54,069 bases of DNA, taken from assembly GCA_003599175.1 (NCBI GenBank), contig QZIY01000024.1:1-54069 (forward strand). The letters are read 5' to 3'. The DNA comes from Candidatus Parcubacteria bacterium (GTDB taxonomy: Bacteria; Patescibacteriota; Minisyncoccia; Phycocordibacterales; UBA2100). The notes under the pieces were generated by a model, which had not been told where the DNA came from, ran no database searches, and worked only from the letters and a program-made list of their open reading frames with translations. Made by a program: the position numbers and the translations under genes. Shown one piece after another: positions 18,258 to 26,907 of this stretch (positions are counted from its first letter, which is position 1; each line of letters starts with the position of its first letter).

Positions 18258-18491
18258 ATGAAATTATCAAAAATCATGCATACCGCTAGTATCCTACTTG
18301 CGATTTGTGGCCCAGTTATGCTCATCGGAGCATGGATCGCCGGCGATAACGGAACATTTTTCGGACTTTCGCAGGGACATCTTTACAATGATGCCATTGT
18401 AATTGAACTGATCGCAATCGCCGCAAGCGTGTGTACTCTAGTGCGTATGCAAATGGAAAAAGAGAATCCTGGAAAGCTCAATGTGATATAG
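18258..18491 (+). CDS. small 2-TM membrane protein (tandem paralog B)
   Basis: Paralog of 18018..18239. Confidence 0.5.
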   Translation: MKLSKIMHTASILLAICGPVMLIGAWIAGDNGTFFGLSQGHLYNDAIVIELIAIAASVCTLVRMQMEKENPGKLNVI

Positions 18492-18526
18492 CTGGAAAAA
18501 TCGTTTTATCAATTAATTAAAAAATT

Positions 18527-18757
18527 ATGCACAATCATAACAACAATAAAGATGGCGGGCATAAAGGGATGATGTGGATGATGATTCCTTGTCTCCTTCT
18601 ATTGGGTTTTATATTCATTGGTGGAGGTAATTTGTCTTCAGGTGGATACCTTTGGCCAATCCTTATCGGTATCTTTGTAATCGCACATGTCTGGATGATG
18701 TTTAAAGGTCATGGCGGTCACGGGGATCACGATAGCGAACAGCAGAGCAAAAAATGA
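18527..18757 (+). CDS. DUF2933-like small membrane protein with His-rich tail (copy 2)
   Basis: MMFKGHGGHGDHDSEQ; 2 TM; analogous to 14904..15107. Confidence 0.5.
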   Translation: MHNHNNNKDGGHKGMMWMMIPCLLLLGFIFIGGGNLSSGGYLWPILIGIFVIAHVWMMFKGHGGHGDHDSEQQSKK

Positions 18758-18758
18758 T

Positions 18759-19298
18759 ATGCCAAATAATGTAATCAAAACAAGTTGGTACGTGATCACG
18801 GGAGGACCGAGCTCGGGCAAAACGACAACGGTCAATCTGCTCAAAGATCGAGGATACAAAACCACTATCGAGCATGCACGGCATTACATAGATACGCAGA
18901 AAATTGCCGGAAAAACAGTTGAGGAAATAAGAAAGAATCAACTTTCTTTTCAGCAAGGTATCCTCAATATGCAGACTGATCAAGAACAAGCACTTCCTTC
19001 CGATGAGACCATATTTCTTGATCGGGCGATACCGGATGCGCTTGCATACTATCGTTTTCTCAAGCTCCCCGAAGATGAAAAGTTGCAAAAGGCCATGCAC
19101 AAATTCTCATACAAGAAAGTGTTTGTTCTTGATCCACTCCCGTTGGTTAAAGATTATGCTCGCACCGAAGACGAAGCCGCGCAAAAAAATATCCATGTAT
19201 TACTTACGAATGTGTATGAGTCGCTTCAATACCCAGTTGTTCACGTACCAGTTCTGCCACCAGAAGAACGCGTCGACTTTATTTTGAAGAATCTCTAA
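18759..19298 (+). CDS. AAA_28/NadR-like P-loop ATPase
   Basis: WYVITGGPSSGKTTT Walker A and FLDR Walker B-like. ATG at 18759 lies 1 nt after the previous stop. Confidence 0.6.
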   Translation: MPNNVIKTSWYVITGGPSSGKTTTVNLLKDRGYKTTIEHARHYIDTQKIAGKTVEEIRKNQLSFQQGILNMQTDQEQALPSDETIFLDRAIPDALAYYRFLKLPEDEKLQKAMHKFSYKKVFVLDPLPLVKDYARTEDEAAQKNIHVLLTNVYESLQYPVVHVPVLPPEERVDFILKNL

Positions 19299-19304
19299 AA
19301 CAAT

Positions 19305-20162
19305 ATGACAAATCAAACTCAGTCAAAACAAATACGAATAGTGAAAGCCTCCGGGGAGACTGAGTTATTCAGCGAGTCGAAATTGCGATCCTCTCTCAAG
19401 CGGGCCGGTGCTTCGGAAGAAAGCATCGACGCGATAGTGCGCGATATCACCACAAGACTCCATGAAGGCATGACGACGAAAGATATATATTCTCGCGCAT
19501 TCTCTCACTTGCGCCGAAAGGAACGTCCGACTGCTGGCCGGTATCATTTGCGAATGGCGCTCATGGAACTTGGCCCTTCAGGTCATCCGTTTGAGAAATT
19601 TGTCGGTGCGCTTTTAGAATCCGAGGGGTTTTCAACCGAAGTGTCGGTTATAGCGCAAGGCAGGTGCGTCTCGCACGAACTCGATGTTGTCGGCCATAAG
19701 GGAGAGGAACACGTCATGGTCGAGTGCAAATACCATAATCAGTACGGCATCAAATCAGATGTAAAGATCGCCCTCTACGTGCAGGCGCGTTTCGAGGATA
19801 TAGAAAAGCGATGGAAAGCGGAGCCGGGGCATGGAACAAAATTGCACGCGGTCTGGCTCGTCACGAATACCAAGCTCACGACCGATGCGACGCGCTATGC
19901 CGAATGCGTCGGCATGCGTGCGCTTGGCTGGAGCTATCCGTCGATCGGCAGTCTCGAACAACTTATCGAGCGATACGGACTCCATCCCGTGACTTGCCTG
20001 ACGACGCTTAACCGCCTGCAAAAGCAGGAAATGATGCGACAAGGACTCGTATTGTGTAAAGACGTTTTGGAACAAGCAGATGTCCTGCGGAAAGTGGTCG
20101 GAAATCCTACACGTGCCGAGGATGTATTACAAGAGATACGCGACTTAACAAAAACTATATGA
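19305..20162 (+). CDS. ATP-cone domain fused to Mrr/PD-(D/E)xK restriction-endonuclease-like domain (copy 2)
   Basis: IRIVKASGETELFSESKLRSSLKRA...; HELDVVG...VMVECKYH. Roughly two-thirds identical to copy 1 by eye. Confidence 0.75.
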   Translation: MTNQTQSKQIRIVKASGETELFSESKLRSSLKRAGASEESIDAIVRDITTRLHEGMTTKDIYSRAFSHLRRKERPTAGRYHLRMALMELGPSGHPFEKFVGALLESEGFSTEVSVIAQGRCVSHELDVVGHKGEEHVMVECKYHNQYGIKSDVKIALYVQARFEDIEKRWKAEPGHGTKLHAVWLVTNTKLTTDATRYAECVGMRALGWSYPSIGSLEQLIERYGLHPVTCLTTLNRLQKQEMMRQGLVLCKDVLEQADVLRKVVGNPTRAEDVLQEIRDLTKTI

Positions 20163-20410
20163 AAGAACAAGAACGGCGATCTCTAAATAATTTCATGCAG
20201 ATAGGGCTTGTGGGATTCACGATGCTCGGCTTTTTGCTCACGTCGCTCAAGCTTCCTCAATACGGAGTCATCTCGAACTTAATTTCGGAGGTCTTCTGGG
20301 TCTACAGTACCTATAAGGCCTGGAAGGAAGCGAACCAGATCGGCATGTTTGTTAATACTCTCATTGTGACCGCTATCCTCATTTTCGGCGTCATTAATTA
20401 TTGGCTTTAA
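20159..20410 (+). CDS. small 3-TM membrane protein (paralog of 144..398)
   Basis: LPQYGVISNLISEVFWVYSTYKAWKEANQIG versus MPEYGLISNLVAEVFWLYASYRAWKEADQYG. Confidence 0.55.
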   Translation: MKEQERRSLNNFMQIGLVGFTMLGFLLTSLKLPQYGVISNLISEVFWVYSTYKAWKEANQIGMFVNTLIVTAILIFGVINYWL

Positions 20411-20422
20411 TACTCACACTCT

Positions 20423-22651
20423 ATGAATCACGACCACAATTCAAAAGAAATTCTGTACACCTGCCCCATGCATCCGGAGGTGCAACAAGATAAACCTGGC
20501 TCATGCCCGAAGTGTGGCATGAGGCTTGTAAAAACTGAAGCAAAAACGGATCACAGCGCTCACGCCGGACATACAATGGGCGATCCGTCCAAGATGAGCT
20601 TCTGGGAAAGATTCAAAATGAGCATGTCTATGACGATGGGCATGGATCACACCGGACTGGCAGGTCGTGAGATGGCGCGACTCATGGAGATAGATATCCG
20701 AAACAAATTCTTTTTCGCACTTTTTCTTACGATCCCAATAATTCTCTATTCGCCTCTTGGCACCGAATTTCTAAAGCTCAACCTTCCTTCGCCAATTCCC
20801 GTTCCGTGGCTTCTCTTTATTTTAACCACGCCGGTATTCTTCTACTCTGGCTGGATTTTCCTCTATTCAACATACTTTGCTCTAAAAAATAAGCTGTTGA
20901 ACATGGCGGTGTTGATCGCCGTCGGCATTACTGCGGCCTATGGCTTCAGTGTTTTATTGACGCTGATCGGCAGTGCCGACTCGTACTACGAAGCGGCCGC
21001 CATGCTCATTACGTTCGTCTTGTTCGGCCACTGGATGGAGATGAAGTCTCGTCGCGGAACAACGGACGCACTTCAAGCCCTTTTCAATCTCGTACCGCCT
21101 CAAGCAAGAGTCTTCAAAGACGGCAAAGAGATGATGATTTCCACTTCCGATATACAACTCGGCGACATCATCATTCTTAAGCCGGGAGACAAAGTTCCCG
21201 TCGATGGAGAAATTACCGAGGGAGAAACTGCCATCGATGAATCCCTGGTTACCGGAGAGTCAATTCCGACTACTAAAAAGATCGGGGATCAAGTCATTGG
21301 CGGATCAATCAACACTGCCGGATCGGTAAAATTCAAAGCAACAAAAATCGGTAAGGACACCGCACTTGCGCGAATTGTGGCAATGGTAGAAGAAGCGCAG
21401 AACTCTAAAGCACCTGGACAAAGAATTGCGGATAAGTTTGCAAAGTACCTCGTCATTGGAGCCATAGGATCGGGGCTTCTTGTTTTTGGTATCTGGTACT
21501 TTGTGGCAGGTGCATCGCTTCTTGTCGCGCTGTCTTTTGCTATCGCAACAGTCGTCATCGCTTGTCCGGACGCTCTCGGACTCGCTACACCAACAGCCGT
21601 AGCCGTTGGGACCGGCCTCGGGGCTAAGCACAATATCCTCATTAAAGACGCTCCGACTCTTGAGCAGGTTTCAAAGATTCAAGCAATTGTCCTCGATAAA
21701 ACCGGCACGCTCACTGAAGGAAAACCGAAAGTTACCGACATAGCGACGGTGGATGGATACGACGCAGGCGAAGCACTTCGCTTGGTCGGCGCGGCTGAAG
21801 CGAAGTCGTCTCATCCTTTGGCCGGAGCGGTTCTCGATGAACTCAAAGTGCGAGGTCTCACACTGCCAGAGTCGGTTCTCAAATTTGAAAATCTTTCAGG
21901 TCTTGGAGTGAAAGCGGTCGTTGACGGAAAATCCGTACTTATCGGCACAGTGAGGCTGATGAAAGAAAGCAACATTACGCTCGGCACTTTGGATAAAAAG
22001 GTAAATGAGTTCTTAGAAAGAGGAGAGACGATCATGATACTCGCGGTTGATGGCGCTATTAAAGCTGTCATTGGCGCGGCTGATCCGATAAAGCCTAACG
22101 CCATAAAAGCAGTTGAGCGTTTGAAAGCGCTAGGAATCGAGATTGCCATGATCACCGGCGACAACAAAATGACCGCAGAAAAAGTAGCGAGTCAAATCGG
22201 TATAGAAAGAGTGTTTGCAGAAGTAATGCCTGCGGATAAAGCAAGCTATGTCAAAAAGCTCCAGCAAGAGGGTAAATTTACGGCGATGGTGGGAGACGGC
22301 GTAAACGACGCGCCAGCACTTGCCCAGTCTGATGTGGGCATTGCTATCGGCGCAGGCACGGACGTTGCGATAGAAACAGCAAAGGTCGTGCTGATGAAAT
22401 CTGATCCGTTAGACATACTGCGTGCAATAACCTTAAGCAAGGCAACGGTTCGCAAAATGAAGCAGAATCTTTTCTGGGCATCAATCTACAACATTCTCGC
22501 TATACCAGTTGCCGGTGGAATCTTGTATCCCAGCTTCGGTATCATGCTTCGTCCGGAATTTGCGGCACTTCTGATGAGCGTGTCCTCGATCATTGTTGCA
22601 GTAAATGCCGTATTATTAAAACGTGTCGAGAAAGATTTAATCACCCCATAA
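20423..22651 (+). CDS. heavy-metal translocating P1B-type ATPase (CopB-like N-terminus, atypical CPD motif)
   Basis: N-terminal CPMHPEV...CPKCGM metal-binding module and Met/His-rich stretch. TGES, ACPDALGLATP, DKTGTLT, GDGVNDAP. Confidence 0.9.
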   Translation: MNHDHNSKEILYTCPMHPEVQQDKPGSCPKCGMRLVKTEAKTDHSAHAGHTMGDPSKMSFWERFKMSMSMTMGMDHTGLAGREMARLMEIDIRNKFFFALFLTIPIILYSPLGTEFLKLNLPSPIPVPWLLFILTTPVFFYSGWIFLYSTYFALKNKLLNMAVLIAVGITAAYGFSVLLTLIGSADSYYEAAAMLITFVLFGHWMEMKSRRGTTDALQALFNLVPPQARVFKDGKEMMISTSDIQLGDIIILKPGDKVPVDGEITEGETAIDESLVTGESIPTTKKIGDQVIGGSINTAGSVKFKATKIGKDTALARIVAMVEEAQNSKAPGQRIADKFAKYLVIGAIGSGLLVFGIWYFVAGASLLVALSFAIATVVIACPDALGLATPTAVAVGTGLGAKHNILIKDAPTLEQVSKIQAIVLDKTGTLTEGKPKVTDIATVDGYDAGEALRLVGAAEAKSSHPLAGAVLDELKVRGLTLPESVLKFENLSGLGVKAVVDGKSVLIGTVRLMKESNITLGTLDKKVNEFLERGETIMILAVDGAIKAVIGAADPIKPNAIKAVERLKALGIEIAMITGDNKMTAEKVASQIGIERVFAEVMPADKASYVKKLQQEGKFTAMVGDGVNDAPALAQSDVGIAIGAGTDVAIETAKVVLMKSDPLDILRAITLSKATVRKMKQNLFWASIYNILAIPVAGGILYPSFGIMLRPEFAALLMSVSSIIVAVNAVLLKRVEKDLITP

Positions 22652-22655
22652 ATAT

Positions 22656-23315
22656 ATGTGTTTCTCAGCAACAGCAAGTTTGGTAGCAGGTGGAGCGCTT
22701 AGTGCGGTCGGAGTGGTGACCACTGCGAAAGCAAAGACCAAAAAGGAGTTGCCTTTTGCAATGGTGCCGCTCTTGTTCGGCATTCAACAACTGACCGAAG
22801 GGTTCGTGTGGCTGTCTTTCAGCTGGAATGCGGCAACTCTCAATCTCATCACGACATACATCTTTTCGCTGTTCGCATTCGTAGTCTGGCCTGTCTATGT
22901 GCCATTTGCGGTTGGACTCATGGAGACGGTGCCGTGGCGAAAGAAAGCAATCTACGCCTGCCAGATTGCAGGTCTTGCCGTTGGTGCATACCTGCTGTAC
23001 TCACACACGGCAAGTCTGGTTATTTCAGAGATCATTGGCAGGCATGTTGTCTACAGTAATTCTCACTTCTATCAATTTGCAGTAATGGTGCTGTATTTTG
23101 CGGCGACGATCGTGAGCTGTCTTTTCTCAAGCAAGAGGATAATTAGAGTGTTCGGTGTTTGCGCCTTCCTTCTTGCGATGGTGGCGGCATGGTTCTACAC
23201 GCAAGCCTTCGTGTCGGTTTGGTGTTTCTTTGCGGCAGTCTTGAGCTTTATCGTGTTCTGGCATTTCCGAAGTAACCCTATTACTGAAAGAGTCGACCCT
23301 AAATTAAAACTGTAA
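22656..23315 (+). CDS. polytopic membrane protein (DUF6629-like)
   Basis: MCFSATASLVAGG start, about 6 TM. The family assignment is from memory and weak. Confidence 0.45.
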   Translation: MCFSATASLVAGGALSAVGVVTTAKAKTKKELPFAMVPLLFGIQQLTEGFVWLSFSWNAATLNLITTYIFSLFAFVVWPVYVPFAVGLMETVPWRKKAIYACQIAGLAVGAYLLYSHTASLVISEIIGRHVVYSNSHFYQFAVMVLYFAATIVSCLFSSKRIIRVFGVCAFLLAMVAAWFYTQAFVSVWCFFAAVLSFIVFWHFRSNPITERVDPKLKL

Positions 23316-23321
23316 TTAACT

Positions 23322-23717
23322 ATGACTAAAAAACTCCAACAACTATTTCTGATCTCTATTCCGCTGTTTATCATTCACGGCTTGGAAGAGATTTTTATGG
23401 GTTTCTATAATATCGACTCCCAAGTAGATTTTTGGTTCGGTAATTTAAATTCTCTGCCTACTTCGCAAGCAACTTTTATTCTGTTCCAGATCATGATATG
23501 GCTCATGCTTATAGTTGCGTATCTACTTTTGCTTGGCCCCAAATGGCAACTACGGCTGATGTTCATCCCAGGAATTATCTTTGTGTATGAATTGCATCAC
23601 CTGTATAAAGCGGTTGAGGTTGGCGGTTATTATCCGGGACTTATCACCGCTATACCGCTTTACATAGTCGGGTTCCTTTTCTGGAAAGAATTAGTAAAAA
23701 ATTATAAATTAACATAA
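23322..23717 (+). CDS. HXXEE-domain membrane protein
   Basis: IIHGLEEIF (HXXEE motif), 4 TM. Confidence 0.6.
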   Translation: MTKKLQQLFLISIPLFIIHGLEEIFMGFYNIDSQVDFWFGNLNSLPTSQATFILFQIMIWLMLIVAYLLLLGPKWQLRLMFIPGIIFVYELHHLYKAVEVGGYYPGLITAIPLYIVGFLFWKELVKNYKLT

Positions 23718-23725
23718 TCAATCAT

Positions 23726-25330
23726 ATGAAAAATAAACTAATCGTTGGAGTCATTGCAGTCGTAGTCGTGATCGGTGGGATTGTCCTCCTGCAACAGTCA
23801 GGCACGGGGAATAAAGTGTTAGCTGGTAGTTTCTCAACTGACATCACTGGTCTCCCAGAAGCAATCTCATCAGAGATGGTCGAACTTAAAAATGGCGATA
23901 CCTACGACCTCACGGCTTCGATCGTAAAGAAAACGATCGGCAACAGCGTGGTCAAGATGCTCGCATATAACGGCATGATTCCGGGACCTATGATTAAAGT
24001 GCAACAAGGTGCGGAAGTGACACTTAATTTCACCAACAACACTGACGTCGATACGACGATTCACTCTCACGGAGTACGGCTAGAGAATAAGTTTGATGGT
24101 GTACCCGACATGACACAGAAAGAGGTCAAGCCAGGAGAGTCTTTCACGTACAAAGTGAAGTTTCCTGACGAGGGTATGTATTGGTATCACCCTCACATTC
24201 GAGAGGACTACGCGCAAGAACTTGGTCTCTACGGTAACTACCTTGTTACTCCCAACGATCCGAATTACTGGTCTCCGGTCAATCGTGAAGTCGCATTATT
24301 TGTAGACGATATTCTCATCGAAAATGGCAAGATTGCGACGTTCAGTAAAGTGTCCGCTGACCGTACTCTTATGGGCCGGTTTGGCAATACCATGCTCGTA
24401 AACGGTGAGACAGATTACGCACTTAAAGCAAAAGCAGGAGAGGTGATCCGTTTCTATATCACCAACTCGGCAAATACTAGAGTATTTAATCTTTCTATCC
24501 CCGGCGCAAAAATGAAGCTTGTGGGAGCTGATGGTGGTAAGTATGAACGCGAAACGTGGAGCGACGGCGTGATATTAAGTCCTTCTGAACGTGCCGTTGT
24601 TGAAGTGCTGTTTGCAAGTGCCGGATCATACAAGCTCGAGCATAAGACTCCGGATCGTACCTATACCCTTGGAACGATTGCCGTTGCGAATGAAAAAATT
24701 GAGACTTCTTTTGAGAAAGAATTTCTCACGCTTCGCTCAAATAAGGATATCCAATCAGAAATTGATGCCTTCAGGTCGTCCTTCAGTAAACCTGCAGACA
24801 AACGATTAAAGCTCACGATTGATATGGGCATGGATATGCAGGGCATGATGCAAAACAATACTGGTGGTCACAATATGAACATGATGGGCGGTGGAGAGAT
24901 GATGTCCAACAGTGAAATGGTGGCAAGCGGCGATCCTATTGAGTGGGAAGAAAACAATACGGCAATGAATACGATGTCTAACCCCGAAATGATGAAGTGG
25001 GTTATCCAAGACGAGGACACCGGTAAGAAAAACATGGATATTGATTGGAAATTCAAGGTCGGCGATAAGGTAAAAATTAAAATAACCAACGACCCGAAAT
25101 CCATGCATCCGATGCAACATCCGATCCACTTTCATGGTCAGCGATTCTTAGTGCTTTCTACCAACGGCAAACCTAGTGACAATCTTGTCTGGAAAGATAC
25201 GACCCTCATTCAAAACGGCGATACCGTGGAGATCCTTGTAGAAATGACCAATCCCGGCGAATGGATGGCACACTGTCATATCGCCGAGCACTTGGAGGCC
25301 AGCATGATGTTTGGCTTCAAGGTCGAGTAA
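23726..25330 (+). CDS. multicopper oxidase with Met-rich insert
   Basis: Copper ligand motifs HSHG, WYHPH, HPIHFHG, HCHIAEHLEASM. Met-rich loop MGMDMQGMMQNNTGGHNMNMMGGGEMM. Confidence 0.85.
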   Translation: MKNKLIVGVIAVVVVIGGIVLLQQSGTGNKVLAGSFSTDITGLPEAISSEMVELKNGDTYDLTASIVKKTIGNSVVKMLAYNGMIPGPMIKVQQGAEVTLNFTNNTDVDTTIHSHGVRLENKFDGVPDMTQKEVKPGESFTYKVKFPDEGMYWYHPHIREDYAQELGLYGNYLVTPNDPNYWSPVNREVALFVDDILIENGKIATFSKVSADRTLMGRFGNTMLVNGETDYALKAKAGEVIRFYITNSANTRVFNLSIPGAKMKLVGADGGKYERETWSDGVILSPSERAVVEVLFASAGSYKLEHKTPDRTYTLGTIAVANEKIETSFEKEFLTLRSNKDIQSEIDAFRSSFSKPADKRLKLTIDMGMDMQGMMQNNTGGHNMNMMGGGEMMSNSEMVASGDPIEWEENNTAMNTMSNPEMMKWVIQDEDTGKKNMDIDWKFKVGDKVKIKITNDPKSMHPMQHPIHFHGQRFLVLSTNGKPSDNLVWKDTTLIQNGDTVEILVEMTNPGEWMAHCHIAEHLEASMMFGFKVE

Positions 25331-25358
25331 AAGCTCGTCACAGGGGCAAACAGGTGGC

Positions 25359-25386
25359 AAAAAGGGGCTTACAAAGGCTCCTTTTT
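25359..25386. terminator. bidirectional rho-independent terminator between convergent genes
   Basis: AAAAAGGGGC-ttacaaag-GCTCCTTTTT (one G-U pair), with A/T runs on both sides. Confidence 0.55.
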
Positions 25387-25406
25387 GCTTTGAGTGTTTA
25401 TAAGAA

Positions 25407-25718
25407 CTAGCAGTGTTGAGCTAGGACAGTGATACATTCATGGATGTGCGGTAGGCATACCAGACAATGAGCCACCGGTAATTGATTAAAGAAACCAAAA
25501 ATAATGGGCAATTTCCTTAGTTTCGGTTTCTTCTCCTGCAGATATCTTTCGGCAGGCTTTATAATGACCTCAATTTTTGTCCGTACTTCTATTTCAAGGA
25601 GTTTCTGACAGCTCGGGCAACGCATCGTAAACGAGGCATTGGAATTGAACGCTCCATTTTTGAAGATAATATTAGTGCAATGAGGGCAATTGCCTATATT
25701 CAACTGATCTTGATCCAT
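25407..25718 (-). CDS. zinc-ribbon protein with C-terminal hydrophobic segment (hypothetical)
   Basis: CPHC...CPSC pairs. Confidence 0.4.
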   Translation of the reverse strand: MDQDQLNIGNCPHCTNIIFKNGAFNSNASFTMRCPSCQKLLEIEVRTKIEVIIKPAERYLQEKKPKLRKLPIIFGFFNQLPVAHCLVCLPHIHECITVLAQHC

Positions 25719-25844
25719 AGATGGTGCTGGAGGTTTCTTGGGCTGGTGGTTGGTTGTGAAGCTTCAGAAATCCTCGATCATGGTTAATTAATAAATCGTT
25801 TCGCTGTCCTGGGTCGACCACCTCCCGGACAGCTAACGGGCAAA

Positions 25845-26378
25845 TTAGGTGTCATCCATTGCCTTTCGTTTCGAGCCAGTCATCGACATCTTGTCGACCA
25901 GCACTTTTTTCATTTCCTCCAAGTTATCCACAGTTTTTTGATCACGAGCGTAATTCTTTTTATTTAAGTCTTTTTCTTTATTCTTGTTAGTAATTCCGGC
26001 TGACTGATCTGACCGGTCTGTGTGACCGATGTGCCGGTCTGACTGACCGATCTGATTTGGGGTCGGTCTGTGTGACCGATCTAGTTTTAAGAGGTAGTAC
26101 AGGTTGTGGTATCGTTGTCGGCCTTTGCGAATGAGATTCAGTTTTATAAGTTGCCGGATGCCTCTTTGCACGCTCGAGATGCTGGCTCCTATTTTGTTGG
26201 CAATGTGCTTGTGTGATGGAAAACAAAAACCCTCCTGATTAGCATGTGCCGCCAGGCAGTTATAAATTGCGATGCCGATCGGCTTGAGTCTTTGGCCATA
26301 TTCCTCGAGGAGTGCTTTGTTGACCCAGTACCAATCGCCATTTCTTAAATCTCTAACTTTTATTTTTTCATCAGACAT
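25845..26378 (-). CDS. helix-turn-helix replication-initiator-like protein (HTH_36/DnaD-like)
   Basis: IAIYNCLAAHANQEGFCFPSHKHIANKIGASISSVQRGIRQLIKLNLI. ATG at 26378 (MSDEKIK). Contains iterons in its 3' half. Confidence 0.6.
   Translation of the reverse strand: MSDEKIKVRDLRNGDWYWVNKALLEEYGQRLKPIGIAIYNCLAAHANQEGFCFPSHKHIANKIGASISSVQRGIRQLIKLNLIRKGRQRYHNLYYLLKLDRSHRPTPNQIGQSDRHIGHTDRSDQSAGITNKNKEKDLNKKNYARDQKTVDNLEEMKKVLVDKMSMTGSKRKAMDDT
25996..26080. repeat. iteron-like direct repeats inside the rep-like gene
   Basis: CCGGTCTGTGTGACCGAT (26013-30), CCGGTCTGACTGACCGAT (26034-51), TCGGTCTGTGTGACCGAT (26063-80), and a degenerate copy at 25996-26012. Confidence 0.65.
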
Positions 26379-26570
26379 GGCAACGAATAATAAAGGCGAC
26401 TGGTTGACCAGACCGCGCCTTATTCCTCCCATCACCGTCTGGCGCCATTGAGGGGAGAGTAAGACGCCGTCTACCATTCTTTTGCTTTGGGTAGTGCCCG
26501 GTCGATGTTGTCCATCGCTCGACAGAAGTCTCGTCGCATAGTTGGATTTTCAAGTTCCCGGATGGTGAAA

Positions 26571-26849
26571 TTAGTCAGCAGACTCTCCCGTCTCCAAAGA
26601 AGTTCCTTCCTCGTCGGCGGCTTCCGAGTTATCCGTTTCCACATCGTCCGGATAAGTCTCTTGATCAGGATTTTCGTTCTCATGTTTTTTGATTTGATCC
26701 ATGTGATCCAATAGCATGAACGCCATGCGCTTAAAGCCAGCATGGACTTTCCAAACTTCTTGTCGGGAAGGCTCTCGGCCGAGAACGTCGGTGAGAGCAT
26801 TGCGAGTAAGCTCAACAAGAGCTTCCTCATCTTTGTTTGGTTTGGACAT
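26571..26849 (-). CDS. hypothetical protein with acidic C-terminus
   Basis: 92-aa ORF preferred over the overlapping 131-aa frame because its composition is more protein-like. No homology recognised. Confidence 0.35.
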   Translation of the reverse strand: MSKPNKDEEALVELTRNALTDVLGREPSRQEVWKVHAGFKRMAFMLLDHMDQIKKHENENPDQETYPDDVETDNSEAADEEGTSLETGESAD

Positions 26850-26907
26850 GCGGTGGTTTGGTTCATAGAAGTGACCTCACACTTTTTTGATCCACCCTGC
26901 CTTACGA

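Noticed and set aside
22388-22400. CTGATGA (hammerhead-core-like) sequence
   Set aside because: It lies inside the well-supported P1B ATPase CDS, with no flanking stems or GAAA element.
25755-25790. Possible left att site: AAATCCTCGATCATGGTTAATT resembles the tRNA segment AACCCTCGATACGGTTTTAC (29627-29646)
   Set aside because: Only a 7-mer plus a 4-mer match. Given that any part of the tRNA could match anywhere in a ~130-nt spacer, this is within chance expectation. It was not used to set the element boundary.
26471-26866. 131-aa minus-strand ORF overlapping 26571..26849
   Set aside because: Its basic, W/R/K-rich sequence has an odd composition. The alternative 92-aa frame looks more protein-like. 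Neither has recognisable homology, so only the 92-aa frame is listed, at low confidence.
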